Assembly (NCBI GenBank): GCA_036003195.1
Contig: DASYSP010000083.1
Span: 46,054 to 110,053, forward strand
Source: Casimicrobiaceae bacterium
Lineage (GTDB): Bacteria; Pseudomonadota; Gammaproteobacteria; Burkholderiales; Casimicrobiaceae
Length of the DNA stretch: 64,000 bases
Direction of reading: 5' to 3'
The position numbers were made by a program, and so were the translations under genes. Positions 28,802 to 37,722 of this stretch are shown here, piece by piece. Every line of letters starts with the position of its first letter. Position 1 is the first letter of the stretch. Below the pieces are notes generated by a model. That model was not told the origin of the DNA. It saw only the letters and a program-made list of their open reading frames with translations, and did not search any database.

Positions 28802-30208
28802 ATGCCCGCGCCGCTTCGCTTCTACGACAATTACACCCGCACGCTGCGTCCGTTCACCCCGCTCGCGCCCGGCCCGGTCGGCCTCTACACCTGCGGCCCG
28901 ACGGTCTACGACTTCCAGCACATCGGCAATTTCCGCACGTTCCTGTTCGAGGACGTGCTGAAGCGCGTGCTGCGCTTCAACGGCCACGACGTGCGTCATG
29001 TGATGAACATCACCGACGTCGGCCACCTCGTTGCGGACGGCGATGACGGCGAGGACAAGATGGCGGTCGGCGCACGCCGCACCGGCAAGACGGCGTGGCA
29101 GATCGCCGAGATCTATACCGAGGCCTTCCTCACCGACATGCGCGCGCTCAACATCGAGGATCCGACGGTCCTCTGCCGCGCCACCGACCATATCGCCGAG
29201 CAGGTCGCGTTCATCGCCGACCTCGAGCAGAAGGGCTATACGTACCGCACCGGCGACGGCATCTACTTCGACACGGCGAAGCAGCCCGACTACGGCTTCC
29301 TCGCGCGCCTCGACCGCGAGGGACTCGAGGCGGGCAGGCGGGTCGACATCGGCGAGAAACGCACGCCGACCGACTTCGCGCTGTGGAAATTCTCGCCGCC
29401 GGACGAGCGACGGCAGATGGAATGGCCGAGCCCGTGGGGCGTGGGCTTTCCCGGCTGGCACATCGAGTGCTCGGCGATGGCGCAGAAGTACCTGGGCGAC
29501 TACTTCGACATCCATTGCGGTGGCGAGGATCACATCCCGATCCATCACACCAACGAGATCGCGCAGACCGAGGCACGCGTCGGCACGCGCCTGGCCAACT
29601 TCTGGATGCACGGTTACTTCCTGCTGCAGAACGATGCCAAGATGGCGAAGTCGGCCGGCGAGTTCCTGCGCGTCAAGGCGCTCACCGACCGCGGATACGA
29701 CGCACTGGCTTTTCGCTATCTCTGCCTGACCGCGCATTACCGCACGCAACTCAATTTCACGTGGGATGCGCTGGACGCGGCGGCGACGGGGCTGGCGCGC
29801 CTGCGCGCGGGCTTCCACGCCCTGCGCGAGGACGGCTCCGCAGTGGATGCCGCGAGCGTCGACCGATTCGCGAGCCATGCCAACGACGATCTCAACATGC
29901 CGCGTGCGATGGCGGTGTTGTGGGACGTCCTGCGGGGGAGCCTCGCCGCCGGCACCAAGCGCGCGACGCTGGCCGCGCTCGACGGCGTGCTGGGACTCGG
30001 CCTCGAGCAGTGGCGGCCGCGCGAGGACGCGATCCCCGACGAGGTGCGCGCGCTGGCCGAGGCGCGGCTCGCCGCGCGCAACGCCCGCGACTGGCCGGAG
30101 TCGGACCGCCTGCGCGACGCGCTCAAGGCCGCAGGATGGGACGTCGAGGATCGCAAGGGGGCATACACGCTGAAGCGTGTCGCGCGGGGTGAAGGCGTCG
30201 CGTCGTGA
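28802..30208 (+). CDS. cysS: Cysteine--tRNA ligase
   Basis: CGPTVY..HIGN, DFALWK, SPWG.GFPGWHIECSAM, DIHCGG.DH..HH.NE, KMAKS, C-terminal RDW..SD.LRD. Confidence 0.95.
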   Translation: MPAPLRFYDNYTRTLRPFTPLAPGPVGLYTCGPTVYDFQHIGNFRTFLFEDVLKRVLRFNGHDVRHVMNITDVGHLVADGDDGEDKMAVGARRTGKTAWQIAEIYTEAFLTDMRALNIEDPTVLCRATDHIAEQVAFIADLEQKGYTYRTGDGIYFDTAKQPDYGFLARLDREGLEAGRRVDIGEKRTPTDFALWKFSPPDERRQMEWPSPWGVGFPGWHIECSAMAQKYLGDYFDIHCGGEDHIPIHHTNEIAQTEARVGTRLANFWMHGYFLLQNDAKMAKSAGEFLRVKALTDRGYDALAFRYLCLTAHYRTQLNFTWDALDAAATGLARLRAGFHALREDGSAVDAASVDRFASHANDDLNMPRAMAVLWDVLRGSLAAGTKRATLAALDGVLGLGLEQWRPREDAIPDEVRALAEARLAARNARDWPESDRLRDALKAAGWDVEDRKGAYTLKRVARGEGVAS

Positions 30209-31221
30209 AGCTGGCGACGCTTGACGACGGCTCGCGCGACGGCCGCCTCGTCGTGGTCTCGCGCGACCTCGCGCGCGCCGTGGCGGTGCCCGCCATCGCG
30301 CGCACGCTGCAGGCGGCGCTCGACGACTGGGACGCGGCCGCGCCGAAGCTTGGCGCAGTGAGTGCGACGCTGGACGCGAATGGCCACGCCGGCAGCGAGA
30401 CTTTCGACACGCGCCACGCACGGGCGCCGCTGCCGCGTGCCTACCAGTGGGTGGACGGTTCGGCCTACGTCAATCATGTCGAGCTCGTGCGCCGTGCACG
30501 CGGCGCGACGATGCCGCCGGAGTTCTGGACCGATCCGCTGATGTACCAGGGAGCCTCCGACGAAATGCTCGGCGCCGGCGCGGACATCGTGCATCGCGAC
30601 GCGTCCTGGGGCATCGACTTCGAAGCCGAAGTCGCGGTGATCACCGGCGACGTGCCGATGGGTTCCGGCGCAGTCGCCGCGCTGGCGCAGGTACGCCTGG
30701 TGATGCTGGTCAACGACGTCAGCCTGCGCAACCTCGTGCCCGCCGAGCTCGCCAAGGGCTTCGGCTTCCTGCAGTCGAAACCGGCGACGGCGTGCTCGCC
30801 CGTGGCGGTGACGCCCGACGAGCTCGGCACGGCATGGCACGACGGCAAGCTGCACCGGCCGCTCGTCACCACGCTCAACGGTTCGCCCTTCGGCCATCCG
30901 GATGCCGGCGTCGACATGACGTTCGATTTCGGCACGCTCGTCGCCCACGCTGCGCGCACGCGCAACCTTTGTGCCGGCACGATCGTCGGCTCGGGAACGG
31001 TCTCCAACCGCGAGAATGGCGGCCCGGGACGGCCCGCGGCCGATGGCGGCGCCGGCTATTCCTGCATCGCCGAGCAACGCACCGTCGAGACCCTCGTGCA
31101 AGGCGCGCCACGCACGCCATTCCTCAAAGACGGCGATCGCGTGCGCATCGAGATGCGCGATGCCGATGGGCGTACGCTGTTCGGCGCGATCGAGCAGCGT
31201 GTGCGGATCGCGCCGGCCTGA
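30205..31221 (+). CDS. Fumarylacetoacetate hydrolase family protein
   Basis: MKLATL.DGSRDG.LVVVSRDL, APLPRAYQWVDGSAY, IDFEAE, LVNDVSLRNL, FLQSKP, GSGTVSN. Confidence 0.9.
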   Translation: MKLATLDDGSRDGRLVVVSRDLARAVAVPAIARTLQAALDDWDAAAPKLGAVSATLDANGHAGSETFDTRHARAPLPRAYQWVDGSAYVNHVELVRRARGATMPPEFWTDPLMYQGASDEMLGAGADIVHRDASWGIDFEAEVAVITGDVPMGSGAVAALAQVRLVMLVNDVSLRNLVPAELAKGFGFLQSKPATACSPVAVTPDELGTAWHDGKLHRPLVTTLNGSPFGHPDAGVDMTFDFGTLVAHAARTRNLCAGTIVGSGTVSNRENGGPGRPAADGGAGYSCIAEQRTVETLVQGAPRTPFLKDGDRVRIEMRDADGRTLFGAIEQRVRIAPA

Positions 31222-31384
31222 CACGAGGCCGCCCGTCGTCGTTCGTCGCGCGCCGGAACCTTTGCATGCGGGGTTTTCGGCGCTTCGTCGCGTGCGCGTT
31301 GCGCGCCGCAGCCCCGGCGGCCAGGATCGCGACGTGCCGGCGACGCGCCGGCCCGGCGTGAAGCGCGCTTGCCGCGCCTTGCGC

Positions 31385-31486
31385 TGCGGCGCAACACCTC
31401 CTGCGCCGCGATGGTTCGCGTCACGCTCTCTCCCCCAGGGGAAGCGACCTCGCGGCCGGGCCTCTCGCGAAGCCCGGCCGTTTTTT
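31385..31486 (+). ncRNA. Candidate trans-acting small RNA with anti-Shine-Dalgarno motif (5' end uncertain)
   Basis: CACCTCCT (31395-31402), hairpin CGCGA/TCGCG (31407-31420), CU-rich CTCTCTCCCCC hairpin, then intrinsic terminator; no ORF or usable start codon; ~170 nt past the FAH stop. Confidence 0.5.
31453..31486 (+). terminator. Rho-independent terminator (+ strand)
   Basis: CGGCCGGGC (31453-31461)/GCCCGGCCG (31472-31480) followed by T6. Confidence 0.8.
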
Positions 31487-32191
31487 CTAGATGACGGCGA
31501 TCGCGCCGGAGTACAGGATGGGGCCCGTGGGCAGTCCGCTCGGCGAGCCCCCCGCCGGCTCGAGGCTCACCGCCAGCCCCTTGGCGCCGGCGAAGACGCT
31601 GTCACTGGGCGCCGGCAGCACGAGGGAGGCGCCCACATTCGCGTCCACCAGGCCCACCGATCGCGGATTGCCGCTCGCCGGCAGCACCCAGAGCTCGAGG
31701 GCGCGGCCCGGCGGCACCGCGATGGGGTTGAGCGGCCGGATGCGCAATGTGCGATCCCCGCGCGACGCGGTGGCGACGAGCACGGTCTTGCCGTCGGCGG
31801 CACCGAGCGCGGCCACGAAGCTGCCCTGCGGGGGTTGCACGCTGGTCAACAGCGCGATTCCCAGCACGACCGCGGTGGCGAAGCTCGCGATGGCGGCGAC
31901 GCGCCAGATGGCGAGACGGTTCCACCATCTGCCGGAAGTGGCGACCGCGCCGGTGAAGCCCAGTCGCGCGGCAATCGCCGCATACACGCTGGGTGGCGGC
32001 GCCACCGGCGGAATGGCCTCGGCAAGTCCCGCCAAGCGCCGGTCCCAGTCGGCGATCGCCGCGGCAATGGCGGGCTCGGTCGCAGCCATGCGCTGGAGGC
32101 GCAGCCGCGCGCCGGACGACAGCGTGCCGAGCACGTACTGCGCCGCCAGGAACTCCAGGCGAGGGCGGCGATCGGGGCGGGCGATGTCCAT
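31487..32191 (-). CDS. Anti-sigma factor, RskA-like
   Basis: LAAQYVLGTL N-terminus, WW.RL..WR, one TM, C-terminal LELWVLP..G.PRS.GL, LAVSLEP.GGSP...PTGP. Confidence 0.88.
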   Translation of the reverse strand: MDIARPDRRPRLEFLAAQYVLGTLSSGARLRLQRMAATEPAIAAAIADWDRRLAGLAEAIPPVAPPPSVYAAIAARLGFTGAVATSGRWWNRLAIWRVAAIASFATAVVLGIALLTSVQPPQGSFVAALGAADGKTVLVATASRGDRTLRIRPLNPIAVPPGRALELWVLPASGNPRSVGLVDANVGASLVLPAPSDSVFAGAKGLAVSLEPAGGSPSGLPTGPILYSGAIAVI

Positions 32192-32196
32192 CGTTG

Positions 32197-32796
32197 TCAG
32201 GCGCCGAAGCCCATCGCGTCGAGGCAACCCTTGAGGCGCTCGAGGCCGCGGCGCACCCACGACTTGACGGTCCCGAGCGGCTGGCCGAGATGGGCGGCGA
32301 GCTCGGCGTGCGACAGGCCATGGAAGAACGCCAGCGCGATCGCCTGCCGCGTGCCGCCCTGCAGTTGCTCGACGCAGTCGCGAACGCCCTGGGCCTCGGC
32401 GCCGGCGACGAGGAGTTCCGCCGCCGAGGCGCCCGGCGCCGGCACGTCGAACGCCGGCGCGTCGTCGTCGGCGCCGCTCAGCGTCACCGTGTCGATGTCG
32501 CGCCGGCGCACGTGGTCGAGGCAGCGATTGCGCACGATCGCGGTCAGCCAGGTCAGCGGCTGGCTGCGGGCAGCGGCGTAGCTCCGGGCGTGGTGCCAGA
32601 CGTTGACGAACGCTTCCTGCAAGATCTCCTCGGCAATGGGTCGCTCACGGACAATACGCAGGGCGACCGCGTATAGATGCGGCGAGGTGCGCCGATAGAG
32701 CTCGGCGAAGGCGTCGCGATCGGCCAGCGCGGTGCGCGCCAGCAGCTCGGCCAGGCCGGCGTTGCGCGCCGTGGCCGCGGACGAGGCGTCAGCCAC
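32197..32796 (-). CDS. ECF sigma factor (SigK-like)
   Basis: AF.ELY..TS..LY...LRIV, AEEILQEAFV.VW..A.SY, WL..IVRNRCLD, LAFF.GLSHAELA..LGQPLGTVKSWVRRGL; GTG start 32796 inferred. Confidence 0.9.
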   Translation of the reverse strand: MADASSAATARNAGLAELLARTALADRDAFAELYRRTSPHLYAVALRIVRERPIAEEILQEAFVNVWHHARSYAAARSQPLTWLTAIVRNRCLDHVRRRDIDTVTLSGADDDAPAFDVPAPGASAAELLVAGAEAQGVRDCVEQLQGGTRQAIALAFFHGLSHAELAAHLGQPLGTVKSWVRRGLERLKGCLDAMGFGA

Positions 32797-33406
32797 GCCG
32801 CGTGCGCGCCGGGCGCGGCGCAGGCGCCGCCGCGGCGGATTCGCGGGCTGCGGCGCGCTTGATGCGCTGGGACTGCCACAGGACATCGGCGCGTCCGGCG
32901 CGGCGGTTCTGCGCGCGCGCCAGCACGAACAGCAGGTCCGACAGCCGGTTGACGTAGCGCCGCGCCACGTCCGAGACTTCGGCGCTCGCGGCGAGTGCGA
33001 CCAGCGCGCGTTCCGCGCGGCGGCACACGGTGCGTGCCACGTGCATCATGGCGGCGCTGCGCGTGCCGCCGGGCAGGATGAACTCCTTCAATGGCGGCAA
33101 GTCGGCGTTGGTGGCCTCGACCGCCGCTTCGAGCGCGGCAACGCGGGCATCCGCGAGGGCGTGATGCCCGGGGACCGCGAGCTCGCCGCCGAGATCGAAA
33201 AGGTCGTGCTGGATGTCGGTGAGGAGCTCCGCCACCGCCGCGGGCATTCGGTCGGCGAGCACGAGGCCGAGCGTGGAATTGAGCTCGTCGATCGCGCCGA
33301 TCGCGTCGATGCGCGGCGAGTCCTTCGCCACGCGCGAGCCGTCGCCGAGGCCGGTGGTGCCGGCGTCGCCGGTGCGCGTGACGATCCTCGACAGTCGATT
33401 GCCCAT
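32789..33406 (-). CDS. ATP:cob(I)alamin adenosyltransferase, PduO/MMAB type
   Basis: MGNRLSRIVTRTGDAGTTGLGDG.RV.KD..RI...G.IDELNS, FILPGG, ARTVCRRAER, YVNRLSDLLFVLAR. Confidence 0.95.
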   Translation of the reverse strand: MGNRLSRIVTRTGDAGTTGLGDGSRVAKDSPRIDAIGAIDELNSTLGLVLADRMPAAVAELLTDIQHDLFDLGGELAVPGHHALADARVAALEAAVEATNADLPPLKEFILPGGTRSAAMMHVARTVCRRAERALVALAASAEVSDVARRYVNRLSDLLFVLARAQNRRAGRADVLWQSQRIKRAAARESAAAAPAPRPARTRRG

Positions 33407-33578
33407 CGCATTCCCTTGCATGCGGCGTGCCGCGTGATGCCGGCGGAAGTCGCGGATTGGCGCGTGCCGGGACCCGGATTTCGGGTCGCGCATCGGCGCA
33501 GGCGCACATTGCGGCATGCCGAGCGTAGCGGCATCGCGAGCCGACGGCAAGCTGCGAAGAGCGATGCTACGATAAGGC

Positions 33579-35213
33579 ATGTCCGCGGCCATCGACGATC
33601 TCCCGCGCAATGCCGCCAATTACGCGCCGCTGTCGCCGCTGTCCTTCATCGCGCGCACCGCCGCGGTGTGGCCGGAGCGCACGTCGATCGTGCATGGCGC
33701 GCGCCACGACCGCTGGGGGGAGACCTATGCGCGCTGCCGGCGCCTTGCGAGCGCGCTGCGTGCATTGGGCGTCGGCCGCGGCGACACCGTGGCCGCGATG
33801 CTGCCCAACACGCCGGCGATGGTGGAGATGCACTTCGGCGTGCCGATGGCGGGCGCCGTGCTCAACACGCTCAACACGCGGCTCGACGCCGAGACGCTCG
33901 GCTTCATGCTGCAGCACGGCGGCGCCAAGGTGCTGGTCACGGACACGGAGTTCGCGCCGCTGATGCGTGCGGCGCTGGCGCCCCTCGCGGCGCCGCCGAT
34001 CGTCATCGACGTTGCCGACCCGATGGCGGGGGCTGCCGGCGTCGAACGCCTCGGCCAGGACTACGAAGCGCTGCTCAGCCATGGCGATCCGGAGTTCGCG
34101 TGGTCGTTGCCCGACGACGAGTGGGAGGCGATCTCGCTGAACTACACGTCGGGCACCACCGGCGACCCGAAAGGTGTCGTCTACCATCATCGCGGCGCGT
34201 ACCTCAACGCCGTGTCGAACATCGTCGACTGGGGCATGCCGCGCCACGCGGTCTACCTGTGGACGCTGCCGATGTTCCACTGCAACGGCTGGTGCTTCCC
34301 GTGGACGATGGCGGCGATCGCCGGCACCAACGTCTGCCTGCGCAAGGTCGACGCGCGCGCGATCTTCGACGCGATTCGCACGCACGGCGTCACGCACTAC
34401 TGCGGCGCCCCGATCGTGCACTCGACGCTGATCAACGCCGCCGACGACATGAAGGCCGGCATCACGCACAAGGTGAGCGGGCTGGTCGCGGCGGCAGCAC
34501 CGCCGGCGGCGATGATCGAGGGCATGGAAAAGCTGGGCTTCGACATCACGCACGTCTACGGCCTCACCGAAACCTACGGTCCGGCGGCGGTGTGCGCCAA
34601 GCAGGCGTCGTGGGCGGCGATGGACGTCGGCGCGCGCACCGAGCGCAACGGGCGCCAGGGCGTCGCCTACACGATGCAGGAGTCGATGAGCGTGCGCGAG
34701 CCGGCGACGATGTCGGCGGTGCCCGCGGACGGCGAGACGATCGGCGAGATCATGTTCCGCGGCAACATCACGATGAAGGGATACCTGCGCAATCCGCAGG
34801 CCACCGCCGCGGCATTCGCCGGCGGGTGGTTTCACACCGGCGATCTCGCGGTGATGCAGCCCGACGGCTACGTCAAGATCCGCGACCGCAGCAAGGACGT
34901 GATCATCTCCGGCGGCGAGAACATCAGCTCGCTCGAGGTCGAGGAGGTGCTGTACCGGCATCCGGCGGTGCTCGCCGCGGCGGTGGTGGCGCAGCCCGAC
35001 GCGCGCTGGGGGGAGTCGCCGCGCGCGTACGTCGAGCTCAAGCCGGGGGCGACGCTGACCGCGGAGGCGCTCGCCGCGCACTGCCGCGCGCACCTCGCGG
35101 GCTTCAAGATGCCCAAGGCATTCGAGTTTTGCGAGCTGCCGAAGACGTCCACCGGCAAGATCCAGAAGTTCGTGCTGCGCGAACGCGCGCGTTCCGCGGC
35201 TGCCATCGAGTGA
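33579..35213 (+). CDS. Acyl-CoA synthetase (AMP-binding, medium-chain/DmdB-like)
   Basis: YTSGTTGDPKG, LPMFHCNGW, VYGLTETYGP, WFHTGDLA, DRSKDVIISGGENISS, LPKTSTGKIQK. Confidence 0.93.
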   Translation: MSAAIDDLPRNAANYAPLSPLSFIARTAAVWPERTSIVHGARHDRWGETYARCRRLASALRALGVGRGDTVAAMLPNTPAMVEMHFGVPMAGAVLNTLNTRLDAETLGFMLQHGGAKVLVTDTEFAPLMRAALAPLAAPPIVIDVADPMAGAAGVERLGQDYEALLSHGDPEFAWSLPDDEWEAISLNYTSGTTGDPKGVVYHHRGAYLNAVSNIVDWGMPRHAVYLWTLPMFHCNGWCFPWTMAAIAGTNVCLRKVDARAIFDAIRTHGVTHYCGAPIVHSTLINAADDMKAGITHKVSGLVAAAAPPAAMIEGMEKLGFDITHVYGLTETYGPAAVCAKQASWAAMDVGARTERNGRQGVAYTMQESMSVREPATMSAVPADGETIGEIMFRGNITMKGYLRNPQATAAAFAGGWFHTGDLAVMQPDGYVKIRDRSKDVIISGGENISSLEVEEVLYRHPAVLAAAVVAQPDARWGESPRAYVELKPGATLTAEALAAHCRAHLAGFKMPKAFEFCELPKTSTGKIQKFVLRERARSAAAIE

Positions 35214-35220
35214 GGCTGCG

Positions 35221-36036
35221 ATGAATGCACCGGTCGACGCGGGGATCGCCCCGTACGTGACGCAGACGATCGAGCGCGAAGTCTGCACGCTGACGCTCAA
35301 CCGCGGCGCGCGCTACAACCCGCTGTCGCTGGCGATGATCGACGCGCTCGACGCCGCGCTGGATGCCGTGGCCGCCGACGGCGCGGTGCGCGTGGTGGTG
35401 ATCGCCGCCGACGGCAAGGGCTTTTGCGCGGGCCACGACCTCAAGGAGCTGCGCGCGCATCGCGACATCGGCTGGCAGCGCACGCTGTTCGCGCGCTGCA
35501 ATGCGATGATGCAGAAGCTGACGCAGCTGCCGCAGCCGACGATCGCGCGCGTGCACGGCATCGCCACGGCCGCGGGCTGCCAGCTCGTGTCGATGTGCGA
35601 CCTCGCGGTCGCCGCCGACAATGCCACGTTCGCGCTGCCGGGGCTCAACACTGCCGTGTTCTGCACCACGCCGGCCGTGGGCGTCGGCCGCAATGTCGCA
35701 CGCAAGCGCACGATGGAGATGCTGCTGACCGCGGCGCCGATCGATGCCGCGACCGCGCTCGACTGGGGACTCGTCAACCGCGTCGTGCCGGCGGCCGGAC
35801 TCGACGCCGCCATCGACGCGTTCGTGACGACGATCGTCGCGCGCAGCGCGCCGGTCGTGGCGCTCGGCAAGCGCGCGTTCTACGCGCAGATCGACCGCGA
35901 TCTCGCGGGCGCGTACGCGCTTGCCGGCGAGACGATGGCCCGCAACCTGCTCGCCGACGATGCCGCCGAGGGCATCGACGCGTTCGTCGCCAAGCGCGCG
36001 CCGCAGTGGCCGTCGACGGGCGGCGGCGCGCGCTGA
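35221..36036 (+). CDS. Crotonase-superfamily protein (ECHDC3-like enoyl-CoA hydratase)
   Basis: FCAGHDLKE, GIATAAGCQLV..CDLA, FALPG.N...FCTTP, EMLLT, WGLVNRVV. Confidence 0.88.
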   Translation: MNAPVDAGIAPYVTQTIEREVCTLTLNRGARYNPLSLAMIDALDAALDAVAADGAVRVVVIAADGKGFCAGHDLKELRAHRDIGWQRTLFARCNAMMQKLTQLPQPTIARVHGIATAAGCQLVSMCDLAVAADNATFALPGLNTAVFCTTPAVGVGRNVARKRTMEMLLTAAPIDAATALDWGLVNRVVPAAGLDAAIDAFVTTIVARSAPVVALGKRAFYAQIDRDLAGAYALAGETMARNLLADDAAEGIDAFVAKRAPQWPSTGGGAR

Positions 36037-36148
36037 CGGCGCCGGGCCGCCCATCGCCGATGCCGCCAGGCGGATGCGCCGCGTCGCGACGCCATCGGCG
36101 CCGCCGTGCGCGCCCGGATGGCCCCGCTGTTCGCCAAGTCACCGCGCG

Positions 36149-36177
36149 TTGCCAAGCGGGGTCGGCGCCACCATAAT
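36149..36177 (+). promoter_or_regulatory. Sigma70 promoter of Liv-type ABC operon
   Basis: TTGCCA (36149-36154), 17 nt, CATAAT (36172-36177). Confidence 0.65.
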
Positions 36178-36201
36178 GGCGCGCAATCCAAAGACCCCGA
36201 C

Positions 36202-36957
36202 GTGACGACCGACACGATCCTCGAAACCCGCGCGCTGACCAAGGAGTTCAAGGGTTTCGTCGCCGTCAAGGACGTCAACCTCAAGGTCCGCCGCGGCACG
36301 ATCCATGCGCTGATCGGTCCCAATGGCGCGGGCAAGACCACCTGCTTCAACCTGCTCACGCATTTCCTCACGCCGACGCACGGGCAGATCTACTACAACG
36401 GCGAGGAGATCACGGGCTCGCGCCCGGCATCGATTGCGCGCAAGGGACTCGTGCGCTCGTTCCAGATCTCCGCGGTATTCCCGCACCTGACGGTGCTCGA
36501 GAACGTGCGCATCGCGCTGCAGGTCAAGCGCGGCAATTCGTTCGATTTCTGGCGTGCGCAGAAGGCGCTCGCGGCCTACGATGCCCGCGCGAGCGAGCTG
36601 ATCGACGCCGTCGGCCTCGCCGGTTACGAATCGACGCTCGCGGTGGAGCTGCCGTATGGGCGCAAGCGCGCGCTGGAGATCGCCACCACTCTCGCGCTCG
36701 ACCCGCAGCTGCTGCTGCTCGACGAGCCGACCGCGGGCATGACGCACGACGACGTCGAGCGCATCGCCGCGCTGATCAAGCGCGTCGCCGCCGACCGCAC
36801 GGTGCTGATGGTCGAGCACAACCTGTCCGTGGTGTCGACGTTGTCGCATCACATCACGGTGCTGGCGCGCGGCGAGGTCCTCGCCGAGGGCGACTATGCC
36901 CATGTGTCGCGCCATCCGGCGGTCATCGAGGCCTACCTCGGCAGCGATCATGGCTGA
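36202..36957 (+). CDS. Branched-chain amino acid-type ABC ATPase (LivG-like)
   Basis: GPNGAGKTT, RSFQIS, LPYGRKRALEIA, LLLDEPTAGM, VEHN; GTG start inferred. Confidence 0.92.
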   Translation: MTTDTILETRALTKEFKGFVAVKDVNLKVRRGTIHALIGPNGAGKTTCFNLLTHFLTPTHGQIYYNGEEITGSRPASIARKGLVRSFQISAVFPHLTVLENVRIALQVKRGNSFDFWRAQKALAAYDARASELIDAVGLAGYESTLAVELPYGRKRALEIATTLALDPQLLLLDEPTAGMTHDDVERIAALIKRVAADRTVLMVEHNLSVVSTLSHHITVLARGEVLAEGDYAHVSRHPAVIEAYLGSDHG

Positions 36958-37678
36958 GCCGGCGCGCGCGGCCGGGACCGACGCATTGCTCGCGGTGCGC
37001 GGACTCAACGCGTGGTACGGCGAGTCGCACATCCTGCACGGCGTCGATTTCGACGTCGGCGAGGGCGAGGTCGTGACGCTGCTGGGGCGCAACGGCGCCG
37101 GCAAGACGACCACGCTGAAGTCGATCATGGGGGTGGTTCCGCGGCGCGAAGGCAGCGTGACGTTCGAGGGCGCCGAGACGATCGCCATGGCCTCCGACCG
37201 CATCGCCAGGCGCGGCATCGCGTGGTGCCCCGAGGAGCGCGGGATCTTCGCCAGCCTGAACGTCGTCGAGAACCTGATGCTGCCGCCGCAGGTACGCGCC
37301 GGAGGGCTCGCGCTGGCGGAGATCTACGACCTCTTCCCGAACCTGCGGGAGCGCGGCGCGAGCCAGGGCACGAAGTTGTCCGGCGGCGAGCAGCAGATGC
37401 TGGCGATCGCGCGGATCCTGCGCACCGGCGCGCGGTTCCTGATGCTCGACGAGCCCACCGAGGGGCTGGCGCCGGTGATCGTGCAGCAGATCGGGCACAC
37501 GCTCAACGCCCTGAAGGCCCGCCGCTTCACCATCCTGCTGGTGGAGCAGAATTTCCGTTTCGCCGCGTCGGTGGCCGATCGGCACTACGTCATGGAGCAC
37601 GGACGCATTGCCGATATGATCGCCAACGCGGAGCTCGCCGCGAACGCCGACAAGCTTCACCGCTATCTCGGCGTATGA
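36950..37678 (+). CDS. Branched-chain amino acid-type ABC ATPase (LivF-like)
   Basis: GRNGAGKTT, PEERGIF, LSGGEQQMLAIAR, LDEPTEGLAP, VEQN. Confidence 0.92.
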   Translation: MAEPARAAGTDALLAVRGLNAWYGESHILHGVDFDVGEGEVVTLLGRNGAGKTTTLKSIMGVVPRREGSVTFEGAETIAMASDRIARRGIAWCPEERGIFASLNVVENLMLPPQVRAGGLALAEIYDLFPNLRERGASQGTKLSGGEQQMLAIARILRTGARFLMLDEPTEGLAPVIVQQIGHTLNALKARRFTILLVEQNFRFAASVADRHYVMEHGRIADMIANAELAANADKLHRYLGV

Positions 37679-37722
37679 CGCGCGGGCGAAACCAGCAGCC
37701 CATTTTCCCGAGGAGACGCTTC

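Noticed and set aside
31255..31290. GGAACC as an ECF -35 for the sRNA candidate
   Set aside because: No recognisable -10 at 16-17 nt; the nearest CGTC is about 25 nt away.
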